64,000 nucleotides of DNA from Macrostomum lignano (lineage: Eukaryota): assembly GCA_002269645.1 (NCBI GenBank), contig NIVC01001620.1, forward strand, positions 1-64,000, written 5' to 3'. The stretch's first letter is position 1. The number at the start of each line of letters is the position of its first letter. The translations under genes and the position numbers were made by a program. Positions 1-12,975 of this stretch are shown here, piece by piece. The notes under the pieces are model-generated. The model ran no database searches, was not told where the DNA came from, and was given only the letters and a program-made list of their open reading frames with translations.

Positions 1-656
1 TGAAGAATGGAGATGGCGACCGCTGCTAAGAAGCGAACGAATCTGTCTGGTAGCTTTTGCAATCCGACTGCGTGGCCAGTGGCTACTTTGTTTGAAAACA
101 CGAATTCGCACTGCACTTTTAGCTAAGATTTAGTGTGCTTAGATCGTCGCCACAAAATGCTATCGAGGCCTTAGGCTGGGTTGTCAATAATGAGGTTCCG
201 GTGCAGCTCCGATTCATCCAGTTCAGTTTTCGCTGAAGGTGTGGTTTGCTCTGGTACTAATTAAAATTAAAATTAAAATTCCGCTCTTTAAAAAACCGGA
301 AATAGCTCGTAAGCCGGACCTGAACGGATCGGAACCGGATGATCATGAATTAAACCTAAAATAAGTTTTTGAAACCTACTGTATAGTATAAGGCTCTGAA
401 AGGTGCTGTTTATACAGACATGACGAGTTGGAATCAAGCAAATTCTAAACTCGTCAGTCAAAATGTCAGACGTTGACAAGCGTTCTTTCAAGTGCCTAAA
501 ATAGCAGCATATAAGACTGTAGAGCGTTTTCGATGCACTTTGAAACTTTTTTCATACATTTCAACCGCTAGGGCTTCGTGTGGAGAGTTTGTTGTTTCAC
601 TTGGCCGTAAAAACAGAGACGAAACTAACCCTAAAACACTTATCTTTTATCCGCAG

Positions 657-2173
657 TGTCTGACGATGCTGGCCGATACCGAGTCCCGCCCCCCGGTCGA
701 GCCAGCACGCCAAACAGCCCGCTCGTGCGATCCTCAGTAGCGGGAGGTCGTCTGCAGCAACAGCAGCAGCAGCAACAGGTCCGACCAAGGGCTTATTCGG
801 TGCTCACTTCAGATGCCTCACCTGGAATCAGGAAGCGCCAGCAGGAAGAAAATTTGTTGATAGATTTTGTTGACGCGTCTTCTGAAAAGGATCACAAAAA
901 AGAATCTGGTACTCACCTGGCTAAGGCTCCTATTCTTAGCGATAGTAACTCTGAGGATGAGGCACGGACTAAAAAACAAGCATTTAAAGAGACACCTCAG
1001 ACCGATGCAATCGTTAAAAAACTTCGTCTGACGAGGCACCTCAAACATATAGAAAAGGTCAAAAACAATCTTCCGAAGAAACACCTCTGACCGACAGGAA
1101 AGACAACAAACCACCTTCTGAAGAGACACCTCAGACCGAAAGAAAGGATAAAAAATCTGCTTCGGACGAGACCCCTCAGACCGACTGGAAGGGTCACAAA
1201 CCAGCTACTGAAGAGATTCCTCGGACCGAGAGAAAAGGTCACAAACCACCTTCTAACGAGACATCTCAGACCGACAAGAAAGGTCACAAAACGGTTTCTG
1301 AAGAGGCACCTCAGATCGACAAAAAGGGTAAAAGAACAGCTTCGGACAAGACACCACAGAACGACAAGAAAAGTAACAAAACATATTCTGTCCAGACACT
1401 TCAGACCGAAAGAAAATATCATAAAATAAATTTCGGAGAGACATCCCAAACCGACAGAAAATGTCACAAGCTAGCCCCGGAAGAGACATTTGAGGCAGAC
1501 AGAAAATGTGAAAAACTATCTGAAGAGACACCACAGACCAACAAAAGAGCACAACAGCCAGCACCTAAAGAGATAAATCGGACTAAAGAAACGGCAGAGA
1601 GTATGTCATCAGAGGAAACGCAACAGTTCGGAAGCAAGGCACGACAATCAGCATCTAAAGATGCATGCCAGAGAAGCAGGGCAGATGAAGCATCGTTAGA
1701 GGTTCAAACTACCCTGATTTTAGAAAGAGTTACACAATCGGAACCTCAAGATAGGGCAAGCAAGTCAATGCTGCCCGAAGCAGCGCCGAGAATGCACAGA
1801 ACGCACAACCGAATATCCACAACGGACCTGTGACAAACTCGGTGGCGAATGAAAAACCATTAAAGCTGTCAGCCAAAAAATCGGCCGCACAGGACGGGAC
1901 TGAAGAAGTCGCAAACTAGCGACGAACAGCGGCGTAGCAGCAGCAGCAGTCGTCGGCGCCATCGGGACGGCGGCAGTCGCTGGACACAGACGGAACCACC
2001 CGCCCAGCTAGAGACCGCCGCCTGCCAGACGGAGGAGAATCAAACAATAGCGGACTCAGCCGTGCCGAATACTCGGAATTGCGATTTCCGGCGGCAATTG
2101 GCGGAGAGCTCCGATTACGGCGGATGTAACAGCGATTTCGATCGACAACAGCTGGATAGCGGATCTCGACAAG
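657..2173 (+). CDS. Large low-complexity coding exon, probably the 5' part of the PDZ gene; contains polyQ and a 15-aa repeat; apparently frameshifted
   Basis: Branch-like AACTAACC (about 624-631) and acceptor TTTTATCCGCAG at 656. A candidate first exon 7-49 (MEMATAAKKRTNLS-G, donor GTAGCT) is phase-compatible. The frame changes at the A6 run 1016-1021 and again around 1790-1863. Candidate donor AAG|GTTGGG at 2173/2174. The link to the PDZ exons is not proven. Confidence 0.5.
989..1560 (+). repeat. Degenerate 45-bp coding tandem repeat (about 12 units of ETPQTDxKGHKPPSE)
   Basis: Recurrent GAGACACCTCAGACCGA at about 45-bp spacing. Translation after the 1021 shift is open and periodic at 15 aa. 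Confidence 0.85.
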
Positions 2174-2911
2174 GTTGGGATTTTTTTTCGGATCATAAGT
2201 GTCATTGCTATACTAGTGTCAGGTTTCCTATGAAGATTTTCCTGAGGCATCCGGTGTCGCTTTCTAGTAAAGTATTAAGGGTCAGGATCCTGGCAGTGCC
2301 CAGAGTTGAAACTCCTAATTCTTACTTCATGTGTTGGGATAAAGTACTCGTAATTATGTTAGAACTGAATGAATTCAGTAATAACATCTGTAGCAGGGAA
2401 ATTCATTAGCATTGCACGAGCAGCTGCCAGTAGAAATTCCTCAAAAAGCATCAATCCTCTAAAATGCGTTCTAAAAAACGCCTGTTTCGCGAAGCTGTCC
2501 CGGTTTCAATCCATTAAAAAGTCAAACTGAATAAAACTGCGTCAAATGATTTTCAGCTTGAAATTACTTCATTAGTACCATCCTTTGCACACAACAGTCA
2601 TCAACAATAGCGCAGATATCGCGTCGCCACAGTAAACAGGGCTGTTAAAGCGCCATACGTGTCGTTTAATTTTTAGGTTCGGATTGAAACAAAGTAGCAA
2701 ATAGCTTTAGGGCTTCACGCTCGAGTTACTAATTCTTTCTACAGCCTGAAGCGGCATTACTTTTTGCACTTTTTAGTGATTCAACGCTTTTGAAAAAAAT
2801 CTGGCTCAAATCTGCAAAATGCTCTGGTCAGACAGCGTGCTAAGCGCTTTTCGGTTTCTTATCAACTGTCAGCCGTTCCACCTTCGCTTTATCACCTTGC
2901 AGACTCACTAG

Positions 2912-4198
2912 CTCAGGCTCGGCAGCAGCCTGCAGAGACGCAGACATCGCCAGACGCTGAGTCAGCAGCTACCGGCCTGCTTGCGTCATCGCGGTGCCGC
3001 CATCGGAGCGCAGAGCCTGAAGCCAGTTCGCCTGACGCATTTCGGGCCCCGTTCTGCGGCCAACACTCGCCACCTGGCTCCGGTAGTGTCACAAAGCGCC
3101 TCCATGCCAGCGGACCTGGTAATGCAGTGGCTGGCTGGCCACATGATGGCACAGGCAGCGGCGGCTGCCGCCGCGGCTACAGCGGCTGCGACTGCTGCCG
3201 CCCAAGAGCAGGTTCAGCAGAAGCGGCAGGAAAGTTGGCGCCGAGTGACGCTCAAGCGAAACAGCGACTGCCAAAAGCTCAGTCACCAGCAAAAGCAGTC
3301 GCAGCAGCAACACCTTTTTGGCGTCTCAGTAGCTCGTGGCTGGCCAAGGGCTGCGGCGGAATCAGCTCCGCCATCGTCTACAGTACTGGTCTCTTCCGTG
3401 GTGACTGGATCGCAAGCGCACCATCTGGTGAGAGGAAATGATTACTAGCAACGCACGAAAATTATGTAAAGTACATGTAAACTGAAAGCGAAATTGCTCT
3501 TCCAAAATAGATGCATACTCGTAAAGAGACTGGATAGGAAAACTTTTGTTCTTAGCAAGAGTACACATGAACAATGATCTCACCTACTATATCTTCTGGA
3601 TTCTCGACGAGCAGTGCAGCATGCGTTTGTATTGTATTGAAAAATAACTATCCGAGACCTACCAAAAGGCTATCTTTACATTAATTCCTGTTCTTCCCTA
3701 GCTCCCCTATGCTTTTTGCTCTGGGTGGGTTATTGGGGGCTGAGACCCCCGATCTTTGGTACCCCTAACGCAAGAGATTGCAATGTTTTAGAGTAAACCT
3801 GATTTCGGTAGTCGAGATGAAAAAGTTATTAATTAATAGTCGTTCGAAAAGTCTATCTACATTGGTAGCTACTCGTATAAATGCATTTAATAGCGAGATC
3901 GAGCCTTCAATGTGTTTCATAAAAATTTCAATAATTTTACGTGCTTAAGGCTAAGAATGTTTAACTATTCAATGAGACAGTCACTGTTTTTGTCAGTCAT
4001 CGTTCTTCATTTCCTGAAAATCTGATCTCTACCCAATCACAGGGCATTCAACCCGGAGACGAGATCCTTGAAGTGGACGGAGCGCCGGTGGACACGATGA
4101 CGCTGCAGCAGCTGGCCGAGGCAATCAGCCAGCAGGAAACTGTAAGCCTCATCGTCAGGAATAGAAGCCAAAACCAATCGGGTACAACAGAACACTGA
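2912..4198 (+). CDS. C-terminal PDZ domain split over two exons (about 2903/2912-3427 and 4043-4198)
   Basis: The spliced product reads RVTLKR...HLFGVSVARG...VLVSSVVTGSQAHHL|GIQPGDEILEVDGAPVDTMTLQQLAEAISQQETVSLIVR, a typical PDZ pattern. Donor GTGAGA at 3428, acceptor TCACAG at 4042, phase 0, stop TGA 4196-4198. Confidence 0.88.
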
Positions 4199-6479
4199 CC
4201 CGAACGCATTCTAAGACTGAATTATTTTTTACCCATTGGAGCGCTCTTTTGCTTGAGTTCCTCACTGCCATGCCATCCAATTTACTCGTAAAACCACGCC
4301 GAGCCACGGTGCGGTAGCTTTTTACTGTTTGAACAGTTAGAAAATCGAACGAAAAAGATTCAAAGCAACAGCCTGTTGGATTATTGCGTTAAGTTTTATT
4401 TAACTTGAGTTAAATATACGAGCGTACGAAGTACGAACCAAAACAAATCGTTTATTGAGTGCTGCTTCCAAGCAGACAAAAGTATTATAAAACAGAATAT
4501 TAATTAAGCAGTCTGAAAATTGAAATGGGCAATTTAGGGATTCTTGAAAGCAAAACGCAAAATTAAATTGAATACCTTGGCTATGCAAAACAACAGAATA
4601 AAATCTCCGTATTTGAAAAATTTTAACTAAAACAAAAATGAGGACTTGGCGTTTCTGCAAACTTTTAACAAAAAATACGATTAAAGGTGCTCAATTAGCA
4701 CGACTATTAACAACTTTAAGAGCTAAATATTATAATTATTTCGTATAATATTAAATTTACACGCTACATATTGATAGTGCTCAGCTGAGACTGAGAGTCT
4801 GAGAAACGCTCGCATTATAGAAAATTTATTCTGCACCAATAGTCCATAAAGTATGCACATTCGCTATACTGACTCGTTGAATTTAATTAATTAAATCATT
4901 TTATTATAATACCGCCCGGCTGACACAAAAAACTCACAACACTTAGGCAGTTCAGCTCTATTAAATACACCTATACTAAATCTCTAAAATCACATTTCTA
5001 ACAGAAAATCCTTCAATACTAAGTAGGCAACAGATCTGCTAGACTTGGGCGTTGGGCCAGGATCGGAAAGACGGTTGGTTGGATGGGGTGAGGTTGAAGT
5101 TAAATAAAATCGATAAACTACACCCCTCCGCCTCACACGCGTCCAGGCACGGTATGAGAGATAGGGGGGTTAGACTGGAGAGGGAGTTGAGGCGGCCAGA
5201 GAAAATCGATAAAATTTCACCCACCTCACGCTAAGCTCCCGCTAACCACCAGGGATCGACGTAAATAAAAATGAGGATAGGAAAAGGATGGCGTGGGGTG
5301 GGGCGCGCAAAGGGGCCGACCAGAAAATTAATTGATCTGCCTTCAGACTTTGGTTTTTTGATGGTCGGATAGACCCATACAGTAGCTAACTCGTACTTGA
5401 ACCGGATTTAAATTAAATGCTAATTACTTTCATTTTATTCTATCCAGTCTTAAAGTGGTCCGTTATTGTGATAACTCTCACCGTCAGTTCAGTTTAATGG
5501 GTCTTCTGAAGCCTAGCCGAGCGGTAATATATCTTCACCTAACTACTTACATTAGTAGTTTAGTTACAGATTATGATGCATACTTTAATTAAAATGGAAA
5601 ACAATATAAATGGGAAGAAGGACAAAGTGATAGGAGCCAGTATTGTTTGCTTTTCTGCCTATGCTAGTTAAACACATCGTCAAACAAAAATGACAACAAA
5701 TATAATAAATAACTGCGATGAGCAAATTGCTGCCTAGGAGTGAGCAAAGTATTGTTTTTTCATTGTTAATTCAAACACGGAACCATACTCAGGCCTTTAC
5801 TCGTTTTTTAGCTTTAAAAAGCAGAAACTTAATTTGATAAACAGTTGCTGAAAATAATATACAAAAAGATTGTAAAAAGAGTACTCTTCGACCCATCGAA
5901 AAAATAGATGCAAAAATCATCACACAGCAATAACTTGAGTTGCAGGCGGTGTTGACAAAACCGGATATACAATACATCTGTAATACCATAAACAACGGTA
6001 CACGTGTATGCCTACAAATTGTGAGCTAATAAAATCGCCAGATCAATGTTGGCGCGGATAATAGATATGATTGTTATTAATTAAAATAAAATAGTAGAAA
6101 ACCAAGAACTTCAGCTGCCATAAATGCTATACAAAATGTGTGCAAACGGAATATATAAATGAAATATATAATAGCCTAGTGATATAATTAGACTATACAG
6201 CAGCTGCAAGAAAATAAAAACAGCTTTTAAAATCCCTACTAGCTATTTTAAGTAGTTCGGCTAGCTATTATCGCGCCTAACCACTAATTCATGAATTTTT
6301 TTAAATTTCATCCCTGACTGAAAGCGTCCTACACATCATACCAGTGCGTATTTATAATTTACGCATGTCTAGAACTTAACAGAAAATGAAGTATTTGAAA
6401 TCCAATACAAATTACAACAAATACCACTAAAATTAATTTTAATTTATTAAAACTAAATCAAATATGTCATACAATTTTT

Positions 6480-6855
6480 CCCACCCTGCCTGTGATCCCC
6501 AGGTACTGCTCCACCCTGCCTGTGATCCCCAGGTACTGCTCCCACCCAGACCCTGTCTGTGATTCCCAGGTACTGCTCCCACCCTGCCTGTGATCCCCAG
6601 GTACTGCTCCCACCCTGCCTGTGATCCCCAGGTACTGCTCCCACCCTGCCTGTGATCCCCAGGTACTGCTCCCACCCTGCCTGTGATCCCCATATACTGC
6701 TCCCACCCTGCCTGTGATCCCCAGGTACTGCTCCCACCCTGCCTGTGATCCCCAGGTACTGCTCCCACCTAGACCCTGCCTGTGATCCCCAGATACTGTT
6801 CCCACCCTGCCTGTGATCCCCAGGTACTGCTCCCACCCTGCCTGTGATCCCCAGG
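6480..6855. repeat. 31-bp minisatellite (CCCACCCTGCCTGTGATCCCCAGGTACTGCT), about 12 copies
   Basis: Directly visible tandem units. Confidence 0.97.
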
Positions 6856-7789
6856 CCTCTTGTACGATCCTTCAAGACAACTGTCCCTATAAAATATTGA
6901 TCATTTCCATGGCAACCGAGCAAAAACAAAATCGCTTTGAATGAGTTACCAAAGTACTTTTCCTGCAGCTAAAAGAACTAAAAAACCTGCATAGAAAAAA
7001 CTGTCAAAAACTGAAACGCAGCACTATTTGAACAACAACAAATTGATACTTTTTTGGCAAAACCATTCGCGTAAACAACAACAGATAACCTGCAAGCATA
7101 GAACTACAGAGCAGCAAAATCCAATGCAATAGAAAATATAGACATTACTTTAATAACAAAATTAAGCATTGACAGCGAAGCAATCCTGGCGCCAAAGATT
7201 GGCTGATAATTGACTCGCGCAAGCCGAAAGCAGAAACCAGACAGACTTCAGACGGGCAAAAAACACAAACAACAAAAGCAGCAAATGTACGAGCAAGCAC
7301 ATTTCAAAGCAGCGTGGGGCACAACCAGGAGTGAAATAATTTTTAAAGAGAATTTAGTTTAAGAAATATTTTCAGAAACAAATAAAATTACAGTTTACGT
7401 AAGATAATAAACAAAAGTAGGTACAAAAACACGACAAAATCAAATATTGTTGAAATACAAAGCACACTACTAGCCGCCTGGCATTGAGCTAGTAGTAGTC
7501 GGAGAAATAGTAGTGGCAGCCGTGAATCACGTCCATCGAGGGACGGCAGTAGCAGCGAACCGGCGAATCGGACGTGTAGCCGCTGAAAATTTCAATTTTG
7601 TCAGGCATTAAATAGTGTGTACTCTTGATTTCACTTGATTACTCTTGATGGACTTTTGACTTCTTTTAAAGTAATCTAGGAGTTCAATGCTTAAGAGTAT
7701 ACAGAGATAATATCGAGGATAACTACAAGCTAATACAAGATATCGGGTTCTGCGAGTGTTAGTTACACAATTGAGGGATCTGAGAGTGT

Positions 7790-8570
7790 TGGGGACTCAA
7801 TCAGTGGGATCTGGGACTTTTGGGGGACTCAGTGGGATCTGAGACTTTTGGGGGACTCAGTGGGATCTGGGACTTATGGGGGACTCAGTAGGATCTGAAG
7901 ATGCTGGGGACTCAATCAGTGGGATCTGGATGTATTGGGGACTCAATCAGTGGGATCTGGATGCATTGGGGACTCAATCAGTGGGATCTGGATGTATTGG
8001 GGACTCAATTAGTGGGATCTGGATGTATTGGGGACTCAATTAGTGGGATCTGGATGTATTGGGGACTCAATTAGTGGGATCTGGATGTATTGGGGACTCA
8101 ATTAGTGGGATCTGGATGTATTGGGGACTCAATTAGTGGGATCTGGATGTATTGGGGACTCAATTAGTGGGATCTGGATGTATTGGGGACTCAATTAGTG
8201 GGATCTGGATGTATTGGGGACTCAATTAGTGGGATCTGGATGTATTGGGGACTCAATCAGTGGGATCTGGATGTATTGGGGACTCAATTAGTGGGATCTG
8301 GATGTATTGGGGACTCAATTAGTGGGATCTGGATGTATTGGGGACTCAATTAGTGGGATCTGGATGTATTGGGGACTCAATTAGTGGGATCTGGATGTAT
8401 TGGGGACTCAATTAGTGGGATCTGGATGTATTGGGGACTCAATTAGTGGGATCTGGATGTATTGGGGACTCAATTAGTGGGATCTGGATACATTGGGGAC
8501 TCAATCAGTGGGATCTGGGATCTAGGACTTTTGGGGACTCAATCAGTGGGATCTGAAAGTGCTTGGGACT
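7790..8570. repeat. 31-bp minisatellite (GGGGACTCAATTAGTGGGATCTGGATGTATT), about 25 copies with degenerate edges
   Basis: Directly visible tandem units, homogeneous in the centre. Confidence 0.97.
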
Positions 8571-8668
8571 CAATTGATCTGATGCGGGAGTGTCGCAGCC
8601 CAAGACGCGCATTAAACGCATACAGCAAGCTGAGAGGACAAACTTAGCATTGCGTATTAGATATGTTT

Positions 8669-9169
8669 TTACCCAGCAGTTGAGCTGGCAGTGCTAATAG
8701 CGCACATGCCAATGTCAGCGATGGAGGTTGTGCACCGATAGTCAGGTAAGGCGGCGGCGGCGGCTGGCTCAGCCTCATGCAGCTCCATCGGAGCATCGGC
8801 AGGTGCAGCAGCCAGGCCCAGCTCGCCGGCATGACCATTGTTATTATTGTTATTCTGGCACACATTCCATGCAGGAAATGCGCAGTTCTGCGGCTGCTGC
8901 TGTTGCTGCTGCTGGCAAGGCTGGAAGCAGCCAAATGGCAGCGGCTCGGCGTCGCCGCTGGCGCTGGTGGCGATGCAGAATCGCTTGGCCTCAACCGAGT
9001 GCTGTTAGTAGTATATGTAAAATGTAGGATATTAAAATATGCAGAGTGAAATGATTACTACTATATAATACTGCAGGGCAAAGCTGAGAAATCTCACCTC
9101 GTCAACTGTCATGCACTTGCGCTTGGCAGAAGAGAAGTTGTAGAACTGGTCATTGTTGTAGCCAGGCAT
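8669..9169 (-). CDS. Two-exon gene, 134-aa protein of unknown function (exons 9169-9098 and 9001-8669)
   Basis: MPGYNNDQFYNFSSAKRKCMTVDE|HSVEAKRFCIATS...QQQQQQQ...NNNNNN...STAG*. The 96-nt intron runs GTGAGA...TACTAACAG in phase 0. An upstream acceptor with a TACTAAC branch lies at 9185. Confidence 0.8.
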
Positions 9170-11629
9170 TTTGTTGGCAGTTGGCTGCAGTTTAGACACA
9201 GTTAGTATTGAATAAGAAATATGGAAATTAAACATTCGATTTTGAAAGGCTTATTGCAGTATCATAGTTTTAGGCATAGAATACCCAACAGAATCATGAT
9301 TGTCATGAAATCCATCGAGGGATGAGAATACAAACTGCATGAGAATACAAACAAAAAGGCAAAGCACAAATATCTGGATTTCCTATTGATATATAAGTAC
9401 AAGCTATGTACGCTTGTATATTTCATAGTCTAGGTCATGCTAAGCTCATGCCAGAAGAAAATTTCAGCTATTCCTAGATTTAAACCACTCATGCCAAATA
9501 AATAAATGTCACCAAAATTTTATACTAGATGCAATGTGAAAACAGAAAAATAACATAAAATAATTTAAAGCAAAATAGTTAATTAAAAATTAAAAATTAA
9601 AAACATGACTTTTGTTAAAAATAGTACTTTTGGACATGGCTGCCATATAGACTTATATACTTGGAAAAACAGCCAAGCCTAGCTAGGGCAATGTCAATAT
9701 CCAGCTTAGATCTGATCTGAATATTAAGTATGCATGGCCTTATTGTATTATTTGAACTTATAGAATATTGCAAAACTACTTATAACTTATAAAACTTTGA
9801 TTGTGAAACAACTATTGAGAATAGTGGCACCATAAAATTTAAAGACAATTTTGTTTTATTTAATTATTTCTGCATGCTATAACAGCACTAAAAAAGAAAA
9901 TTTCATTAATCTAGCAAAACAAGTTTATTAACAATTTAGTAGGCATAGAAGAAACCTGTCAGGAAATAATTGTCCCTTAACTATGTCAAATGGCACATGA
10001 AAAAGAAATCACAACTAACAGCACAAACCTGTTAGTTGTGATTGAGACCTGAATCTGTGCTATGCTGTGCTGGCTCAGACTGCCACAGGGTGGAGCTCAA
10101 GGTCACAAATGCAAATGTGAAGAACATATTGAAGGGTGTGCAACGAGGACTGTTACAGTGGGAGATAACATGCAAGTTTGATATCAGCCAAGCTTATTTT
10201 GGGAAAAAATCCTTCAGGAAAATTGCCAGAAAGCTTTTAAGAAGGAGAAGTACCAGAAGTTACTTATCAGCAATGAGAGAGATAGCAGGTGCATGTTGCC
10301 AGACTGTACCAAACCATCTTGGATAGACGTGGAGGCAACAGCTTCTATTATGCCACCGCACATAGTGATGCTCCTGTTGAGAAGTGCATTTCACCTCAGA
10401 AGAAGTTTGGCAACAAGATTGAGCATCATGGAATATATAAGTCAACAAGGAAGAGAGATTGACATATTAAAATTAAATGATTACAATAATGATATATTCT
10501 AAATTGATGCAATTATTGTTTATTGGTTTTTATATTTTTTTAGTTTATTAGTTAATTAGTTTACTTTAATCTACTTTAATCATGAGAACTTATTACTTTG
10601 TCAGTCAGGTACTTAGACCTTAAATTCTAAACAAACTTAGAAAACAAATTTATTCTTGCAATTTATGCAATTTCCTAAATTCTGTATTTCAAATATTTTT
10701 TTTTATTTAGCCTAGTAACTTGGAAACATTTTACTATATAACTAAATGACTTTCCAGATTTATATAGCTTGATTGCCCATTTGAAATTGTTATATGCTAT
10801 GACTGTTAAAAAGCTAGTTATAAATGCTCTTCTACCATATTGCCAAAGAAAGACATACTTCTTTCTGTTATGAATGATGCAATGGTTATGCTTAATCTTG
10901 GAGCAAATCCAAGTATCCAACAAAGGTTAAATGTCATCTAATAAAGACAACTAGAAAGGTGATAACTGGACAAGATTCCCAGAATCCTTGTTTACAGCTA
11001 AAGGACTTTAGACTCAATGACAATGACAGTCAGTTTAGATATTGTTTTTCAGTTTAGCAAAGTACTAGGTACGAAAAATTCTAATCAGTAGAATAAAAGG
11101 CAACATTTCAATGTACATCTAGAATTACTATCATTTGATATTAACAAAAGAAAATAAGTTAACAATTGCAGAATACCATTGTTTCTGACTATTATTATTT
11201 ATGGAAATGGAATTAGTCAAGTAGTTGCTATCATTCTAATAGCAAATAAATAGACAAATAAAGTTTGTAGATTTATTAATTAATTCAGATTTAGATTGTT
11301 AACAAAGACCCTTTAACAATTATAGTACTTTTTAAGGTTTTTCAAGTATTATGATTAAAAGAATTTAAATGCTATAAGGTCTTGCTTCTTGTTGTTTTAA
11401 CTTTAAAGTATATTATAGCTACCAATAGCTACCAATATCTCTAGACTCATGTCACATGGTTTTTATATGAAGAATATAATTATGCACCATGTCTGAGTAT
11501 AAATCTATTTAATATTAACCATAAAAGCACCATGCAGCCTTTATTGACATAGCTACTATCTTTAATGTGGTATGCATTCTAAATTGGCAATACCTAGCAT
11601 TAGCACTAAAACCTATTTTTAATAGCTAT

Positions 11630-12450
11630 GGATCTGGAAATTCCTTTGCAGGCACTTTGGAAGTTTGAATTTCTACTTTACCAGTGCTCACTACCCAAAA
11701 GTGAGAAAGAAAACATTTGCCAGCTTATTAAAACTTTGTTGGCAAAGCTTTTTGAAAATGGACAACTAGTCATAATGAAAGACTTGCAAAATTTGCAAGT
11801 TAATCTAGTATTAGCATTGGCTAGGATGATTTATCTAGAATTATTGAGCATCTTTCTAAAAAAGGAATTGTGTATCTTCTTGGTAATAGTGACAATAACA
11901 AAGTTAGATCATCCTATGGAAATCCTATCATCCTATCATTGATAGATCGTCAATGGAAATAGCAAGATGTTGATAGTCAAAACTTAGGTAATGAAATCTA
12001 AGAACTTTCCAACAGATAAAACCAAGGTCAAGTCAAAATAGGTCAAGTCAAATATTTTGTTAAACAAGAAGCCTTCTTAAAGTATTTTGAAGTCAAATGT
12101 ATCTTATATAGGTTTCATGTTTTTTAAACATTTAATTATAGTGAAAACCATTTTTTATATAGATCTATAAGTGATGAGGTTCTCAAAATCCTTAAAAATA
12201 TGATAGACACCAAGCAAGACAAACTATAAGCAAGGCATTTTTCTACTAATTTGGCCCTAAATAAGTACCAGTGTCAATGGGTCTAATGCTTTGTTTAAAA
12301 ACTTCATTCAATACATTATACAACTTATCATATAGAAAGCTTAAACCAGAAGTTAAAGCAAATAATCCACTGCAAAATTTTGATAGACTTTGTCAATAAG
12401 GAAGTTTTGTGGAAGCTAGAAGAACAAATATACTTGCAATCTAAAGGTTA
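11630..12450 (+). mobile_element. Possible heavily decayed Mutator/MULE-type transposase remnant
   Basis: Broken frames include TTYHIESLNQKLKQII (about 12320-12370), resembling the MULE TNNxxESxNxxLK motif. Many stops; AT-rich and CpG-poor. Confidence 0.3.
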
Positions 12451-12864
12451 AAGTATATGTGATGCAAAATATACCTGTTTATAGCTGACAATATAGATGA
12501 ATTTATGAAATTGCTAACTTTTTATAGCTCTTGGCTTGTAATTTATCAGCTGCTAATTGCTAATAGCATTGATAATAGGGATAAAGCTAGCCACTATAAG
12601 TATAGAATTAGTCATTGACTCTTAATTAGAAATATAGCTACTATTTCCTCTATAAGTTTTTGTATTATAGACAAAGCTACTATATCTAAATAGGCCTAGG
12701 CCTATAACATTTATAAAAGCAATAAAAGCCTTGTTTTTTTATTTAATTTCTCAATTATAAATTTTTTAAAAGATAAATATTGTATTTTGAAACTATTTTT
12801 ATAACTTGTATTGGCTGCATAGATTTTTCAAACTTATCCTAATAAGAGACAGTCTATAATAATA

Positions 12865-12975
12865 CATGCTTGGGCGCAACCTTGGGATTCACTTAGCCAT
12901 TTCTATTGGCAACACATACATGTATATTGCTATTGGACAGAATAGTAATCATGTGACTACTCTTAGCCAATAGTG
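12865..12975. mobile_element. Partial copy of the fold-back element at 26549-26715
   Basis: CATGCTTGGGCGCAACCTTGGGATTCACTTAGCCATTTCTATTGGCAACA... aligns to the left arm and centre of the 26.6-kb palindrome. Confidence 0.75.

Noticed and set aside
1010-1025. Programmed -1 ribosomal frameshift
   Set aside because: The A-run does not form an in-frame X XXY YYZ heptamer, and a parallel homopolymer deficit at 43031 points to sequencing error.
6439-6929. Overlapping ORFs with GITGRVGAVPGDHRQ repeats
   Set aside because: Artefacts of the 31-bp minisatellite.
10042-10502. RT-like KFDISQAY motif in short ORFs
   Set aside because: No other RT motifs at the expected spacing; cannot support a call.
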